Positions 29,317-39,144 of a DNA stretch of 64,000 bases are shown here, piece after piece (positions within the stretch are counted from its first letter, which is position 1; each line of letters opens with the position of its first letter). This DNA is from an uncultured Clostridia bacterium (lineage in GTDB: Bacteria; Bacillota; Clostridia; Christensenellales; UBA1242), in the NCBI GenBank assembly GCA_944382715.1, contig CALWNC010000001.1:304496-368495 (forward strand). Direction: 5' to 3'. The notes below the pieces were generated by a model, which saw nothing but the letters and a program-made list of their open reading frames with translations, did no database searches and was not told the origin of the DNA. The position numbers and the translations under genes are program-made.

Positions 29317-30391
29317 TTATAATTTTTATTATGGCACATTCAAGTACAATTCTCGGCTTTGAGCTATAGCGAAGTTCCTGTTCAACTTTGCTTAAAATTT
29401 CTATTGAACTAACAATCTTACTATAATTTTCCTGTGTTGCTTGGGCTTTCATTTTCTCAAATACATCATCTTTTACTACAACAATCTCTCTAGATTTTTC
29501 TTTAAGTGACCAAATAAGTAGTAAATCTCTTAAATACGCAATCAAGTCATTTGATAGAACTAAAGGACTTTTACCACTTGAAAGTACGCTGTCAAGTTCC
29601 GTTAAACACTTGCCAAGATTTTTTTCTAAAATGAGATTTGTAAGATTTATCATAACATCTCGTTTAGAAATTCCAAGCACATCAATAACGCTTTGATAAG
29701 TTAGTTTATCACCCGCAAATGAAACACATCTATCTGCTATTGACAAGGTATCTCTGACGCTACCCTCTCCTGCTCTTGCCAAAACATTAATACTTTCACT
29801 ATCATAGCTTATATTTTCTTCCTTTAGAATTTTCTCAAGCAGCATTGAAAGGTCTTCAAGAGATACTAGTTTAAAGTCAAAGCGCAAACACCTTGAAAGA
29901 ATTGTTGCTGGAAGTTTATGAACTTCTGTAGTTGCTAAAATAAATACCGTGTGGCTTGGTGGTTCTTCAAGTGTTTTTAGCAGTGCATTAAAGGCACTTG
30001 ATGAAAGCATATGAACTTCATCAATTATATAAACCTTATATTTCCCAACTACAGGTGGATACTTAACCCTTTCCCTAAGTTCACGAATTTCATCAACCCC
30101 ATTATTAGAAGCGGCATCAATTTCAAGAACATCAACATTGGTCTTTTCAAGTGCCTTACATACTTCGCACTCACAGCAAGGCGAGCCATTTACAGGGTGC
30201 AAGCAATTAATAGCTCTTGAAAAAATTTTTGCCGTGCTTGTCTTACCAGTGCCCCTACTACCCGTAAACAAATAAGCGTGGGATATTCTATCCGTTTTGA
30301 TTTGATTGATAAGAGTCTTTACTATATGCTGTTGCCCAATTACCTTATCAAATGTATTTGGACGGTATTTTCTGTAAAGAGCTAAATACAT
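29249..30391 (-). CDS. dnaX: DNA polymerase III clamp loader subunit gamma/tau (gamma-length, 380 aa)
   Basis: LYRKYRP, GSRGTGKT, zinc module, IIDEVHML, NALLKTLEEPP, SRC. Confidence 0.96.
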   Translation of the reverse strand: MYLALYRKYRPNTFDKVIGQQHIVKTLINQIKTDRISHAYLFTGSRGTGKTSTAKIFSRAINCLHPVNGSPCCECEVCKALEKTNVDVLEIDAASNNGVDEIRELRERVKYPPVVGKYKVYIIDEVHMLSSSAFNALLKTLEEPPSHTVFILATTEVHKLPATILSRCLRFDFKLVSLEDLSMLLEKILKEENISYDSESINVLARAGEGSVRDTLSIADRCVSFAGDKLTYQSVIDVLGISKRDVMINLTNLILEKNLGKCLTELDSVLSSGKSPLVLSNDLIAYLRDLLLIWSLKEKSREIVVVKDDVFEKMKAQATQENYSKIVSSIEILSKVEQELRYSSKPRIVLECAIIKIINASSLAERVERLEEKVNNIFPR

Positions 30392-30448
30392 ATAAAATCT
30401 CCTTTTTTTAATGTTTTTTAGTTAAAATTAATAAAAATTGCGTTTTTT

Positions 30449-31012
30449 TTAACCAGCTTTATTTAGTTTTGATTTTATTCGTTGCAAGGTATTGTCTATT
30501 TGTTTTACTTGTTTATTTAATGAAACTGCAATTTCCGACTGTTTTTCGCCTTCAAGATAATGTTTAAGAACTTTTTTTTCAAATTCGCTCAGTTCACTTT
30601 CACAGATTTTGAGTTTCTCTTCAATTTTTTCTTTATCAATAAAAATGTCTAAGGGGTCATTTGATAAATTTCTATCAAACATCATATCCAGCATTGATTT
30701 TTCATTCCCACTTTTATCAATACCATTAAAGCTTATTGACTCGTTCAAGATTTTATTTTTTTGATTGTTAGACTTTCTTATGGCATCTAGGATTTGTCTT
30801 TTTATACAAAGCTTAACAAATGAATTAAACCTCTCTTCAAAAAGACTCTCCCCATTATAATTCTTACAAGCCTGCAAAATTCCAATTACACCCTCTTCAA
30901 ACAAATCATCACCAGTGCCATCTTTTACATAGTATCTTTTACTTAAATAGCTTACATATGGCGAATATTTTTGCACGATTTTAACTATATCGCCCGGGTC
31001 AACATTTTCCAA
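30449..31012 (-). CDS. sigH: RNA polymerase sigma-H-like factor
   Basis: DDLFEEG, CIKRQILDAI, K.LN.SIS, KQIDNTLQRIKSKL; follows rlmB as in Firmicutes; TTG start. Confidence 0.85.
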   Translation of the reverse strand: MENVDPGDIVKIVQKYSPYVSYLSKRYYVKDGTGDDLFEEGVIGILQACKNYNGESLFEERFNSFVKLCIKRQILDAIRKSNNQKNKILNESISFNGIDKSGNEKSMLDMMFDRNLSNDPLDIFIDKEKIEEKLKICESELSEFEKKVLKHYLEGEKQSEIAVSLNKQVKQIDNTLQRIKSKLNKAG

Positions 31013-31013
31013 T

Positions 31014-31739
31014 TTACTTTCTCCTTTGTCTTATTACTTCATAAATTCCTATGCCTGCACTTACACTTGCATTGAGTGAATTAACCTTGCCAAACATTGG
31101 TATGCTTATTATTCCGTCACAAATTTTTCGCGTCAGTTTACCAACACCATTGCCTTCACTGCCAACAACAAGTGCAATATCTCCAGTCAGCGAGGCACTA
31201 TACATCTCTTCACCGTCCATATCAAGTGCATAAACCCAAATATTTTCTTTTTTTAAGGTTTCGATTGCATTATTTATGTTATTAACTTTTATTATTGGCA
31301 GATAAGCCGTTGCACCAGCAGATGTTCTTACAACCGTTTCATTGACAGTTGCACTTCGCCTATTTGAAATAATCACTCCACTTGCGCCAGCACACTCTGC
31401 AACTCTAACAATTGAGCCTAAATTATGAGGGTCTAAAATTTCGTCAAGAATAACAAACAAAATATCCTTACCCTTTTCCCTTTCAGACGCAATGACTTCT
31501 TTTAAGTTAAAGTACTTATAATTATTTTGCTCAGCAATTACTCCTTGATGATGTCCCGTTTGCGAAATTTTATCCAAACCTCTCTTATCAACAAATTCAA
31601 CTTTAATGCCTCTTTCTCTAGCAAGCTTTTGAATTTCTCTGAGGTCACCATCAGAATTTCCGTTTTCTATCATAATTTTCTCAATAGTTTCATCGCTATT
31701 TAAAAGTTCTTTAACTGGATTTTTACCTTCTATTTTCAT
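31014..31739 (-). CDS. rlmB: 23S rRNA (G2251-2'-O)-methyltransferase
   Basis: HQGV, DPHNLGSI.R.A, GSEGNG and SLNASV SPOUT motifs. Confidence 0.93.
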   Translation of the reverse strand: MKIEGKNPVKELLNSDETIEKIMIENGNSDGDLREIQKLARERGIKVEFVDKRGLDKISQTGHHQGVIAEQNNYKYFNLKEVIASEREKGKDILFVILDEILDPHNLGSIVRVAECAGASGVIISNRRSATVNETVVRTSAGATAYLPIIKVNNINNAIETLKKENIWVYALDMDGEEMYSASLTGDIALVVGSEGNGVGKLTRKICDGIISIPMFGKVNSLNASVSAGIGIYEVIRQRRK

Positions 31740-31882
31740 AAATTTTATGTTCCCCTCAAAATTTATATATAATTTATAAAAGCCTAATTTATATAAAACT
31801 AGATTAAACTTAAAGAAAAGTTTTTAATAAGTTTAATTCTTAAATGCAAAGTTTATTCTAACTAAGTCTTTCCAAAAAATAC

Positions 31883-32287
31883 CTAATCAATAACCATTTC
31901 ATCTAGAGATTTGATTAAAAATTTTTCTAGTCTTTCATCTTCTCCAACAAGATATAAATATCCAATGATTGCTTCAAATGCCGTTGCATAAATGTATTCA
32001 GTTATTGTAAAATTTTTTGCCTTTGAATGAATATGGGTGTTTCTTGCCCTATGTGCAATCTCCAATTCATCTTCTAAAAGGTTTTCTTCTATTTTTTTAA
32101 ATGTAACAAATTGTGCCCCAGCCTTAACAACACTCGACACAATCTTATTTAACTTATTAACTTTGTAGTTATATGATTTTGCAAGATACTCTCTTACGAA
32201 AAGTGTTTGCACACTGTCTCCAATCATTGCAAGAACCAAGGGTTGCATTTGCTTTGCTTCCTGTTTACTAATTGTTTTCTTTATCAT
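31883..32287 (-). CDS. mrnC: Mini-ribonuclease III
   Basis: LAMIGDSV, RARN, Y..ATAFEAIIGYLYL. Confidence 0.9.
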   Translation of the reverse strand: MIKKTISKQEAKQMQPLVLAMIGDSVQTLFVREYLAKSYNYKVNKLNKIVSSVVKAGAQFVTFKKIEENLLEDELEIAHRARNTHIHSKAKNFTITEYIYATAFEAIIGYLYLVGEDERLEKFLIKSLDEMVID

Positions 32288-32563
32288 AAGTCACCAACTT
32301 AATTTATTATAGCATTTATTTAAAATTTTAGCAATGATAATTTAACTAAGTTTACCTTAACAATTAAACTATTATACAGTCTTTAACAATTTAAGTTTAT
32401 CTTTAATTCAATGAAGTTTCTTAAGGAAAATTAATTTTTTTGTTTTTAGCTTGTAAAACTAAAAAATCAAACTTATGACTTAAATTTTAAAAAAATAAAA
32501 ACGCAAAATATCAAATTTTTAATTGAAATTCTGCGTTTAATTGAATTTTTTTGAAGAATGAAA

Positions 32564-33970
32564 TTATTTGAGGATTTTTGTAAAATAATCAGATAAAATT
32601 GTTTCATATGAAACATTTTGAGTTTCTCCACTCTCACTTTCTCTACTTACAAAAATTTTTATTTGGTCGCCACTTTCTCCTGCAAGTAACAATTCTTTCA
32701 AGGTATAATTTCTAAGCAAATAATTTTGATAGTTATCATAAACTATTCCATTATATTCTAGTTTTATAATCTTATCCCCAACTTCAAGTCCTGAGTTTGA
32801 TAGTAAACTTTCTTCATCAATACTTGTAATTACTATGGTTTCACTTATCTTTATTGTTGATGTTCCTGAGTCGTAAATTGTCAGAGAATTTGTGGTTTCT
32901 AGGTTATCCTCTATTCCTGTGGAATAAATTGTAACTGAACTTTCACCACTACTTACTATATTTTCAGCAACTGCTTTAACAACATTTGCAGGAATTGCGT
33001 AATTCATAAGTGTTCCTTCTCTTCCACCATTTGTAAGACCAATTAGTTTTCCATATTCATCAAACAGTCCACCACCTGAATTCCCATGATAGATGTAAGA
33101 GTCGTGACGAATTTCACTATAATATGAAGAAACCCCACCAACATTCATTGAAATTGTTTCGCGTTCAACGCTAATAATTCCCTGAGTTACAGTCAAGCCA
33201 TACTCACTAGTATTGCCAATTGCATAACATGTTTGACCAAGGCTCACATTTTGCAAGCTAAAATCAACTACCTGAGCATTTGAATTTTTTAAAGCTTCAC
33301 TACCTTCAACCTTTAAAATAGCTATGTCATAGCTTCTTATTCCACCTAGATATGTTGCCTCAATTTCTATATCTGGTTGTCCAAACAAGTAAAGTTTGAA
33401 ATAAGGATACATATTTCTACTAGACGAATTGTATGTCACATGGTAATTGGTAATAATATATGCATCACCATTATCATCTATCCTATAAATAATTCCTGAA
33501 CCTGCATTTAAATAATTTGCATAAGGTGAATTTGATGTATATCCATAAACTTCCACAACACTCATCAAATTTTTATTTAAATAACTTCCACTCGTTATTG
33601 AACTATTTGCAAAAAATCTACTTAGGAAGTCTAAATATGTATAATTTTCATCAATTTCTTCATTTTCTTTAGCTGACAAATATGCCTGATAGGTATCAAT
33701 ATTTTGTGTTTCAGCATCTTTACCATTTTGACCCTGCAAACTCAAAAGCCATTCCTGCTCTGTTCCAGTAAATCCATTTTTCACAGCTATCTCATACGCA
33801 CTTTCTCCCCGTAAACTCAAAAGCCATTCTTGCTCTGTCCCAGTAAATCCGTTTTTCACAGCTATCTCATACGCAGACTGCGAACCACAAGATGTGAGCA
33901 CTAGGCAAAGTGGAAGGACAAATGCAAAAAGCATTATAGAAATTAATGTTTTTAATCTGTTTTTTTTCAT
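32564..33970 (-). CDS. HtrA-like S1C serine protease with PDZ domain, lipoprotein
   Basis: Lipobox LTSC; catalytic triad TNYH / DIA / GNSGG; C-terminal PDZ (GLEVGDKII). Confidence 0.85.
   Translation of the reverse strand: MKKNRLKTLISIMLFAFVLPLCLVLTSCGSQSAYEIAVKNGFTGTEQEWLLSLRGESAYEIAVKNGFTGTEQEWLLSLQGQNGKDAETQNIDTYQAYLSAKENEEIDENYTYLDFLSRFFANSSITSGSYLNKNLMSVVEVYGYTSNSPYANYLNAGSGIIYRIDDNGDAYIITNYHVTYNSSSRNMYPYFKLYLFGQPDIEIEATYLGGIRSYDIAILKVEGSEALKNSNAQVVDFSLQNVSLGQTCYAIGNTSEYGLTVTQGIISVERETISMNVGGVSSYYSEIRHDSYIYHGNSGGGLFDEYGKLIGLTNGGREGTLMNYAIPANVVKAVAENIVSSGESSVTIYSTGIEDNLETTNSLTIYDSGTSTIKISETIVITSIDEESLLSNSGLEVGDKIIKLEYNGIVYDNYQNYLLRNYTLKELLLAGESGDQIKIFVSRESESGETQNVSYETILSDYFTKILK
33738..33875. 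repeat. 63-bp direct repeat (75-bp period) encoding SAYEIAVKNGFTGTEQEWLLSL twice
   Basis: Copies at 33738-33800 and 33813-33875 differ only at a few synonymous positions. Confidence 0.9.
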
Positions 33971-34434
33971 TATTCCTCCTGCAAATTTAACAACTTTTCT
34001 AATATAAAAATACCCTAAAAAGTAATTAATACTAATTTAAAATGTATAAGTTTGTTAAATTATTCTTCTATTATTATCTAACTACAATGCAAAGCACAAA
34101 TTGAAAGCTTTTTACTATAAAGTAATTTTTAGATTGGTTAGTTTTGTTAGAAAATTTATTAACAATTTTATTATAACATTTTTTTTATATAAGTAAAACA
34201 AAAAGATACAAAATTAGTATTTGTATCTTTTATTAATTTATTGTTAAAAATTACAAAATCCATAATGTTTGGTTTTTTCTACATTTTTTTGTAGTTAAAT
34301 GCTCATAATTACAGTAAATTGTATTGCTAAAAATTTTTAATATACATTTTAAGATTATAAAATCTCTAATCTTAGCGTTTTACTGTTTTTATTTACTATA
34401 AAAACGATCATTTTGACTAGAAATTTTATTTTTG

Positions 34435-36102
34435 TTATTTTAAACTGCTTATTACAAACTCAAGTCTATTTAAAACTTCTTCTTTACCTAAAAGTTTTAT
34501 AATTTCATATAAGTCTGGAGTATTAGTTCTGCCTGTGATTGCCACGCGGACAATATTACTCGCATCTGCAATGTTTCCTTTATAAGACTCCGGTGACTGT
34601 TTATATGTCTTCATATCGGCATATCCACACACAAAAGCACATTGTTTTAAAGTATCAAACCACTGCTCTTTACTTTCGTCTAAGTTTAGTACTTTTACAT
34701 ACTCTTTTAAAAGATTAACTATATCCGACTTACTATATTTGTCATCAAACACCAAACTAGTACTGTTATCGTAAAATTCATTAAACATATAACAAAAAAG
34801 TCGCTTAACTTCGCTAAAGTGTCCAATATCTTTTCTTGGTCTTGCGTTTTCTCTATCAATCGCAAGCAGTCTTTCTGCCATTTCTTGATGTGCAAGTAAA
34901 ACTTTTGCTAGCTGTGTATCGTATTCATTTGCCCAATCCACAATTTCTCTCAGAAGCTTTTTAGCAGGTACTTTCGAGATTATATTCTTTGAAATGTCAT
35001 TTATTTTAACTAAATCGAACATTGGGTTGCTTGAAGATATCTTTTTGATTGAAAATGGAAAATCAGTATAAGGAAGATCAGGGTTTGCCTTTCTCCAATT
35101 TTCAAAATCTGAGTTTAAAAGATTTAACAAATACTCATTTATTGCAACTGTTGGATATCCCTCTGCAATAAAATATCTTGTATCGGCTTCAGGGTCATAT
35201 CGCTTACTGAGTTTTCGCTTTGTTCCAGTTTTTTCATCAATCTTACAAACAACTGGGGTATGTGCGTACTTTGGAGGCTTAATTCCAAGTGCTCTAAAGA
35301 TTTCCAAGTGAGCATTTAATGATGGCCACCATTCTTCTCCTCGAACAACAATACTGGTGTGCATTAAAGTATCGTCAATAACATGTGCAAATGCATATGG
35401 TGGAATACCATTACTCTTCATAAGAACAATATCTTTTGCATTTTCGTGAAGTGTACGCTTTCCCTTTATTAGATCAGTAAACTCGTAAGTTTTTTCTGGA
35501 TCACCATTTGAGTATAACCTAAGAGCCCAAGGCTTGCCCATTTTTAAATTAAGTTCAATTGTTGCTATGTCAAGATTTCTGCAAGGGTCTTTATCTATAA
35601 TTTCATCGGACTCTTCAAGTTGTTTCTCTCTTCTAATTTTTATATCTTCCTTGCCTTCACTTGCATTACAAAAACAAGGAAATGCCCTACCAAGTTCCAC
35701 CATTCGTTTTGCAAACGCCGTGTAAATTTCTTGTCTTTTAGACTGAACATAGTCACCATACTCTCCCACTTGCTTTTTGCCCTCACCCATAAAACCCTCA
35801 TCGGGCTTTGTGTTAAACTTGCAAAGCATATTATAGGCAACATCTGCAGCACCCGGAACTTGTCGTTTTTGATCAGTATCTTCTATTCTGAGATAAAAAA
35901 TGCCATTTGTTTTTAATGCCACTAATTTATCTATCATTGCACCAAAGAGTCCACCAGTATGATAGTAACCCGTTGGGCTTGGTGCAGTTCTCGTAACCTC
36001 TGCCCCCGGTGCTAGATTTCTTTCAGGGTACTTTTCAAAAAAGTATTCAGGGGTGAGTGTTACATTTTTATAAAGCATTTCTGCCAGTCGTTTATAATCC
36101 AT
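34435..36102 (-). CDS. gltX: glutamate--tRNA ligase
   Basis: RTAPSPTG..HTGG (HIGH), LRIEDTD, VRGEEW, KLSKR (KMSKS); ATG after GGAG. Confidence 0.93.
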   Translation of the reverse strand: MDYKRLAEMLYKNVTLTPEYFFEKYPERNLAPGAEVTRTAPSPTGYYHTGGLFGAMIDKLVALKTNGIFYLRIEDTDQKRQVPGAADVAYNMLCKFNTKPDEGFMGEGKKQVGEYGDYVQSKRQEIYTAFAKRMVELGRAFPCFCNASEGKEDIKIRREKQLEESDEIIDKDPCRNLDIATIELNLKMGKPWALRLYSNGDPEKTYEFTDLIKGKRTLHENAKDIVLMKSNGIPPYAFAHVIDDTLMHTSIVVRGEEWWPSLNAHLEIFRALGIKPPKYAHTPVVCKIDEKTGTKRKLSKRYDPEADTRYFIAEGYPTVAINEYLLNLLNSDFENWRKANPDLPYTDFPFSIKKISSSNPMFDLVKINDISKNIISKVPAKKLLREIVDWANEYDTQLAKVLLAHQEMAERLLAIDRENARPRKDIGHFSEVKRLFCYMFNEFYDNSTSLVFDDKYSKSDIVNLLKEYVKVLNLDESKEQWFDTLKQCAFVCGYADMKTYKQSPESYKGNIADASNIVRVAITGRTNTPDLYEIIKLLGKEEVLNRLEFVISSLK

Positions 36103-36245
36103 AATTTTCTCCAAAATAATTTAAATTTAAAGTTTTTTAATTTTTTTTATAAAAATATGCAGTTTTTTAATTGTGCGTTGCTATTTATTTATAGATTTAT
36201 ACCCACAAAAAACAAACTCAGATACACATTTCAAATATTTATTTA

Positions 36246-36839
36246 CTAATTTGTTTTTGGTTCATCTAAATATGTCGCCATTAAATCTGCAATGTGAGTT
36301 AGCGTTGCAAGTGGAAACTTATAGTAAGCAGATGAAAATGATAAATCGCCACCTTGAACTCTCTTGTCAAATCCACCCATATGCCAGTTTATCGCAATGG
36401 CCTCTTCTCTTGTAAGTCGCATATAACCATTAATGATATAAACAGATTTTTCACCATGTCCGTAAGGAAGAGGATCATCAATGGAATAATATGGCTTTTG
36501 AACCCACTCACCATTTTCCTTAACATTTCGCATTTCTATCTTATAAAAACAACATTTACAAATGTCATGAAATAGTGCCACTATTGTGATAGTTTCAAGA
36601 TTAACATTTTCATTTCCCCATTCGTTTATGGCAAGTTCTAGTAGTCTTTTATAAACATTTAACGAGTGTTTGCAAAGTCCTCCTGCTTCTGCCATGTGAA
36701 ATTTTGAGCTTGCTGGTGCATCAAAAAAATCGGTAGTGACTAACCAGTTCATAAGCTCATCTATTCCTTCTCTGTGGATATTATCCTTAACAAGTTTTAA
36801 AAATTCTTGCTTGTTATCTTCTTTCTGTTTATCGTCCAT
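36246..36839 (-). CDS. HD domain hydrolase
   Basis: APAS.KFH..GGL..HS, LFHDICK, GHGEKS, WHMG, HIAD. Confidence 0.85.
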   Translation of the reverse strand: MDDKQKEDNKQEFLKLVKDNIHREGIDELMNWLVTTDFFDAPASSKFHMAEAGGLCKHSLNVYKRLLELAINEWGNENVNLETITIVALFHDICKCCFYKIEMRNVKENGEWVQKPYYSIDDPLPYGHGEKSVYIINGYMRLTREEAIAINWHMGGFDKRVQGGDLSFSSAYYKFPLATLTHIADLMATYLDEPKTN

Positions 36840-36978
36840 AAATTCATATTATCACATTTTATTTTTAAAGTAAATTGTTTAAAAAAATATTTAAAACTTT
36901 AGACAATTAACTTATGAATATGTTTCGTAATGGGATATTTAAAGCATAAAAAAGCAAAGCTGTGTTTAGCTTTGCCAT

Positions 36979-37686
36979 TTATTTTATTTGTAAAAACTCA
37001 ACAATTCCTAGATATATACAGTTAATAATTTTTTCTTGATAGGCGTCCGTCAGTAAAAGTTTTTCGTCCTCTTCATTAGATAGAAATCCACACTCAACTA
37101 TTACTGATGGTGCAGTTGTACATTTAAGCATAAAATAATCACCCGGACTTGTTGTTTTGTTGCTGTGCTCTAAATTTTTTAGAAACTGTTTTTGAATATA
37201 CTCTGCAATTTGCTTACTAGTGTCACTGGTTTTATCATAAAAAACCTGAGCTCCTCTAAGTTTATGATTTGTATAAGAATTTTGATGCAAGCTTATAACC
37301 ATATTTGGTCGGACTTTTTTGATTAGTTCTTTCCTAAGTTCCATATCGCGTTTTTTAAATGCCTTTCCTGCTCCGTCTGCAAGGCTTGCATCGGTTTCTC
37401 TAGTCATTACGACATTTATACCTGCATCTTCTAACTTATTCTTTAAAAGTTTTGACATTTTAAGATTAAGTTCATCTTCGTGAACTTTTGTCTTATAACC
37501 AATTGAACCCGGATCCGTGCCTCCATGTCCCGGATCAATAACTACAGTATAATTTCTACTTGGTACCGTGTCGGTTGGTGTTGGGTTTTCCAATGCAAAA
37601 GCTATTTTACTTTGATAGTTATAAAAAATGCAAACCATAAGTAATGATAACAAAAAAATACTTAATTTGTTTATATATGTCTTCAT
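36979..37686 (-). CDS. N-acetylmuramoyl-L-alanine amidase (Amidase_3, CwlD-like)
   Basis: IDPGHGG.DPG, E..LNL, SLHQN, GAQVFY, IVECGFLSN. Confidence 0.88.
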   Translation of the reverse strand: MKTYINKLSIFLLSLLMVCIFYNYQSKIAFALENPTPTDTVPSRNYTVVIDPGHGGTDPGSIGYKTKVHEDELNLKMSKLLKNKLEDAGINVVMTRETDASLADGAGKAFKKRDMELRKELIKKVRPNMVISLHQNSYTNHKLRGAQVFYDKTSDTSKQIAEYIQKQFLKNLEHSNKTTSPGDYFMLKCTTAPSVIVECGFLSNEEDEKLLLTDAYQEKIINCIYLGIVEFLQIK

Positions 37687-37738
37687 ATTTCTTAGGTTGG
37701 CACTTTTATTGATTTTTATGCAATATTTTGGAAGATTT

Positions 37739-37754
37739 TGTTTCCCGTGGAACT
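37739..37754. promoter_or_regulatory. degenerate parS-like site
   Basis: TGTTTCCCGTGGAACT versus consensus TGTTTCACGTGAAACA. Confidence 0.45.
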
Positions 37755-37783
37755 TTTTATTTTTTAGTCGAAAGTAATTAAGC

Positions 37784-38779
37784 TTAGTTATTCATTTCAT
37801 TAGTAGTTTCTGGATTTGTATGAACCAAACAATGTTTTACGGTATCAATCTCACTTTCAATTTTATCATGCACCTTTTGTGCTATCTCATGAGACTCGAA
37901 AAGACTGATTCTCCCATCACAGGCAATTTCAACATCAATATAAACCATACTCCCAAAAAGTCTAGTCCTGAGTGAATCAATTCTCTCCACACCTTCAACG
38001 GATAACACAATTTCTTTAATTTTCTCTTGAATAGATTCTGGTGCAGATGTGTCCGTAACTTTTTTGACAGAGTCCATAAAAATGTCTATGGCAACTTTTA
38101 AAATAACAATACAAATTACAATTCCAGCCAAAACATCTAAGATACTTACCCCAAGCATTGCCCCCAAAATTCCAACAAAACTTCCAATAGACGAAAGCGA
38201 ATCGGATAAGTGATGCCACGCATCAGCTTTAAGTGCACCTGAATTTATTTTTTTAGCGACAATTCTTGTAACAATAAATAAAATTAGTTGCATTAAAATT
38301 GAAACAACTGCCGCAATTAATGCAATTAGTTTAGGGACCTCTTTTGTTAGATATTCGCCTGAGATTAAGCTTGAAACTGCGTCATAGCCAATTAAAAGTC
38401 CAACATCAAAAAGAACAAATGCTAAAATTAGTGCAGTGATACATTCAAATCTATCGTGACCATATGGGTGGCTTCTATCGGCTTTTTTTGCAGAGATTTT
38501 TACTCCTATTATTACAACCACTGTCGTAAGTACATCGGATATTGAGTGCACCGAATCTGCCACCATAGCATAAGATTTTCCAACAATGCCAGCAACCAAT
38601 TTAAAAACGGACAAAATGACATTTGACAAGATTGCAAGCATTGACACCCTAACTGCCGTTTTTTCATTTTGCTTTAACTTTCTAAATCTATGTTCATCAT
38701 TTTTATCATCAACAATTTCCGTAGAAATCGGCAAATATTTTTTCTTCATATCTTTCACCTGAAATTCAGTTTTTTTCAT
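37784..38779 (-). CDS. cation diffusion facilitator (CDF) transporter
   Basis: ADSVHSISD, HPYGH.RFE, ADAWHHLSD; alternative start at 38749. Confidence 0.92.
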   Translation of the reverse strand: MKKTEFQVKDMKKKYLPISTEIVDDKNDEHRFRKLKQNEKTAVRVSMLAILSNVILSVFKLVAGIVGKSYAMVADSVHSISDVLTTVVVIIGVKISAKKADRSHPYGHDRFECITALILAFVLFDVGLLIGYDAVSSLISGEYLTKEVPKLIALIAAVVSILMQLILFIVTRIVAKKINSGALKADAWHHLSDSLSSIGSFVGILGAMLGVSILDVLAGIVICIVILKVAIDIFMDSVKKVTDTSAPESIQEKIKEIVLSVEGVERIDSLRTRLFGSMVYIDVEIACDGRISLFESHEIAQKVHDKIESEIDTVKHCLVHTNPETTNEMNN

Positions 38780-39144
38780 AATGTTATTATATTAATTGTG
38801 GTTAATTTTTGTCATTGGTACATTAATTTATTAAAAAAATTTACACTAGCACAACTAAAAAATTTAGTGAGCTATAAGTAAAATTATAATTAATAAAAAA
38901 TTCAAAACTAATTGAAATAGAATTAAATTAATATAAAACCACAAATTTTAAGTTTATCTATTTCAAAATTGCAGTTTTTATTTTATATTTTATATCAAAA
39001 AAAATAAAGTTTTATATCATTTACTTTAAAAAATACAAGAGTTTGACATCTATGGTTAATAGATAAATAACTCTTGTATTTATTATATTTAACAAAAAAC
39101 ATTAATTTAAGTAGTTGTTCTTCTTAACCCATCTATAAATTATC

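Noticed and set aside
33975-36240. T-box leaders around gltX
   Set aside because: No GGTGG.ACC(G/A)CG T-box motif in either flanking intergenic region
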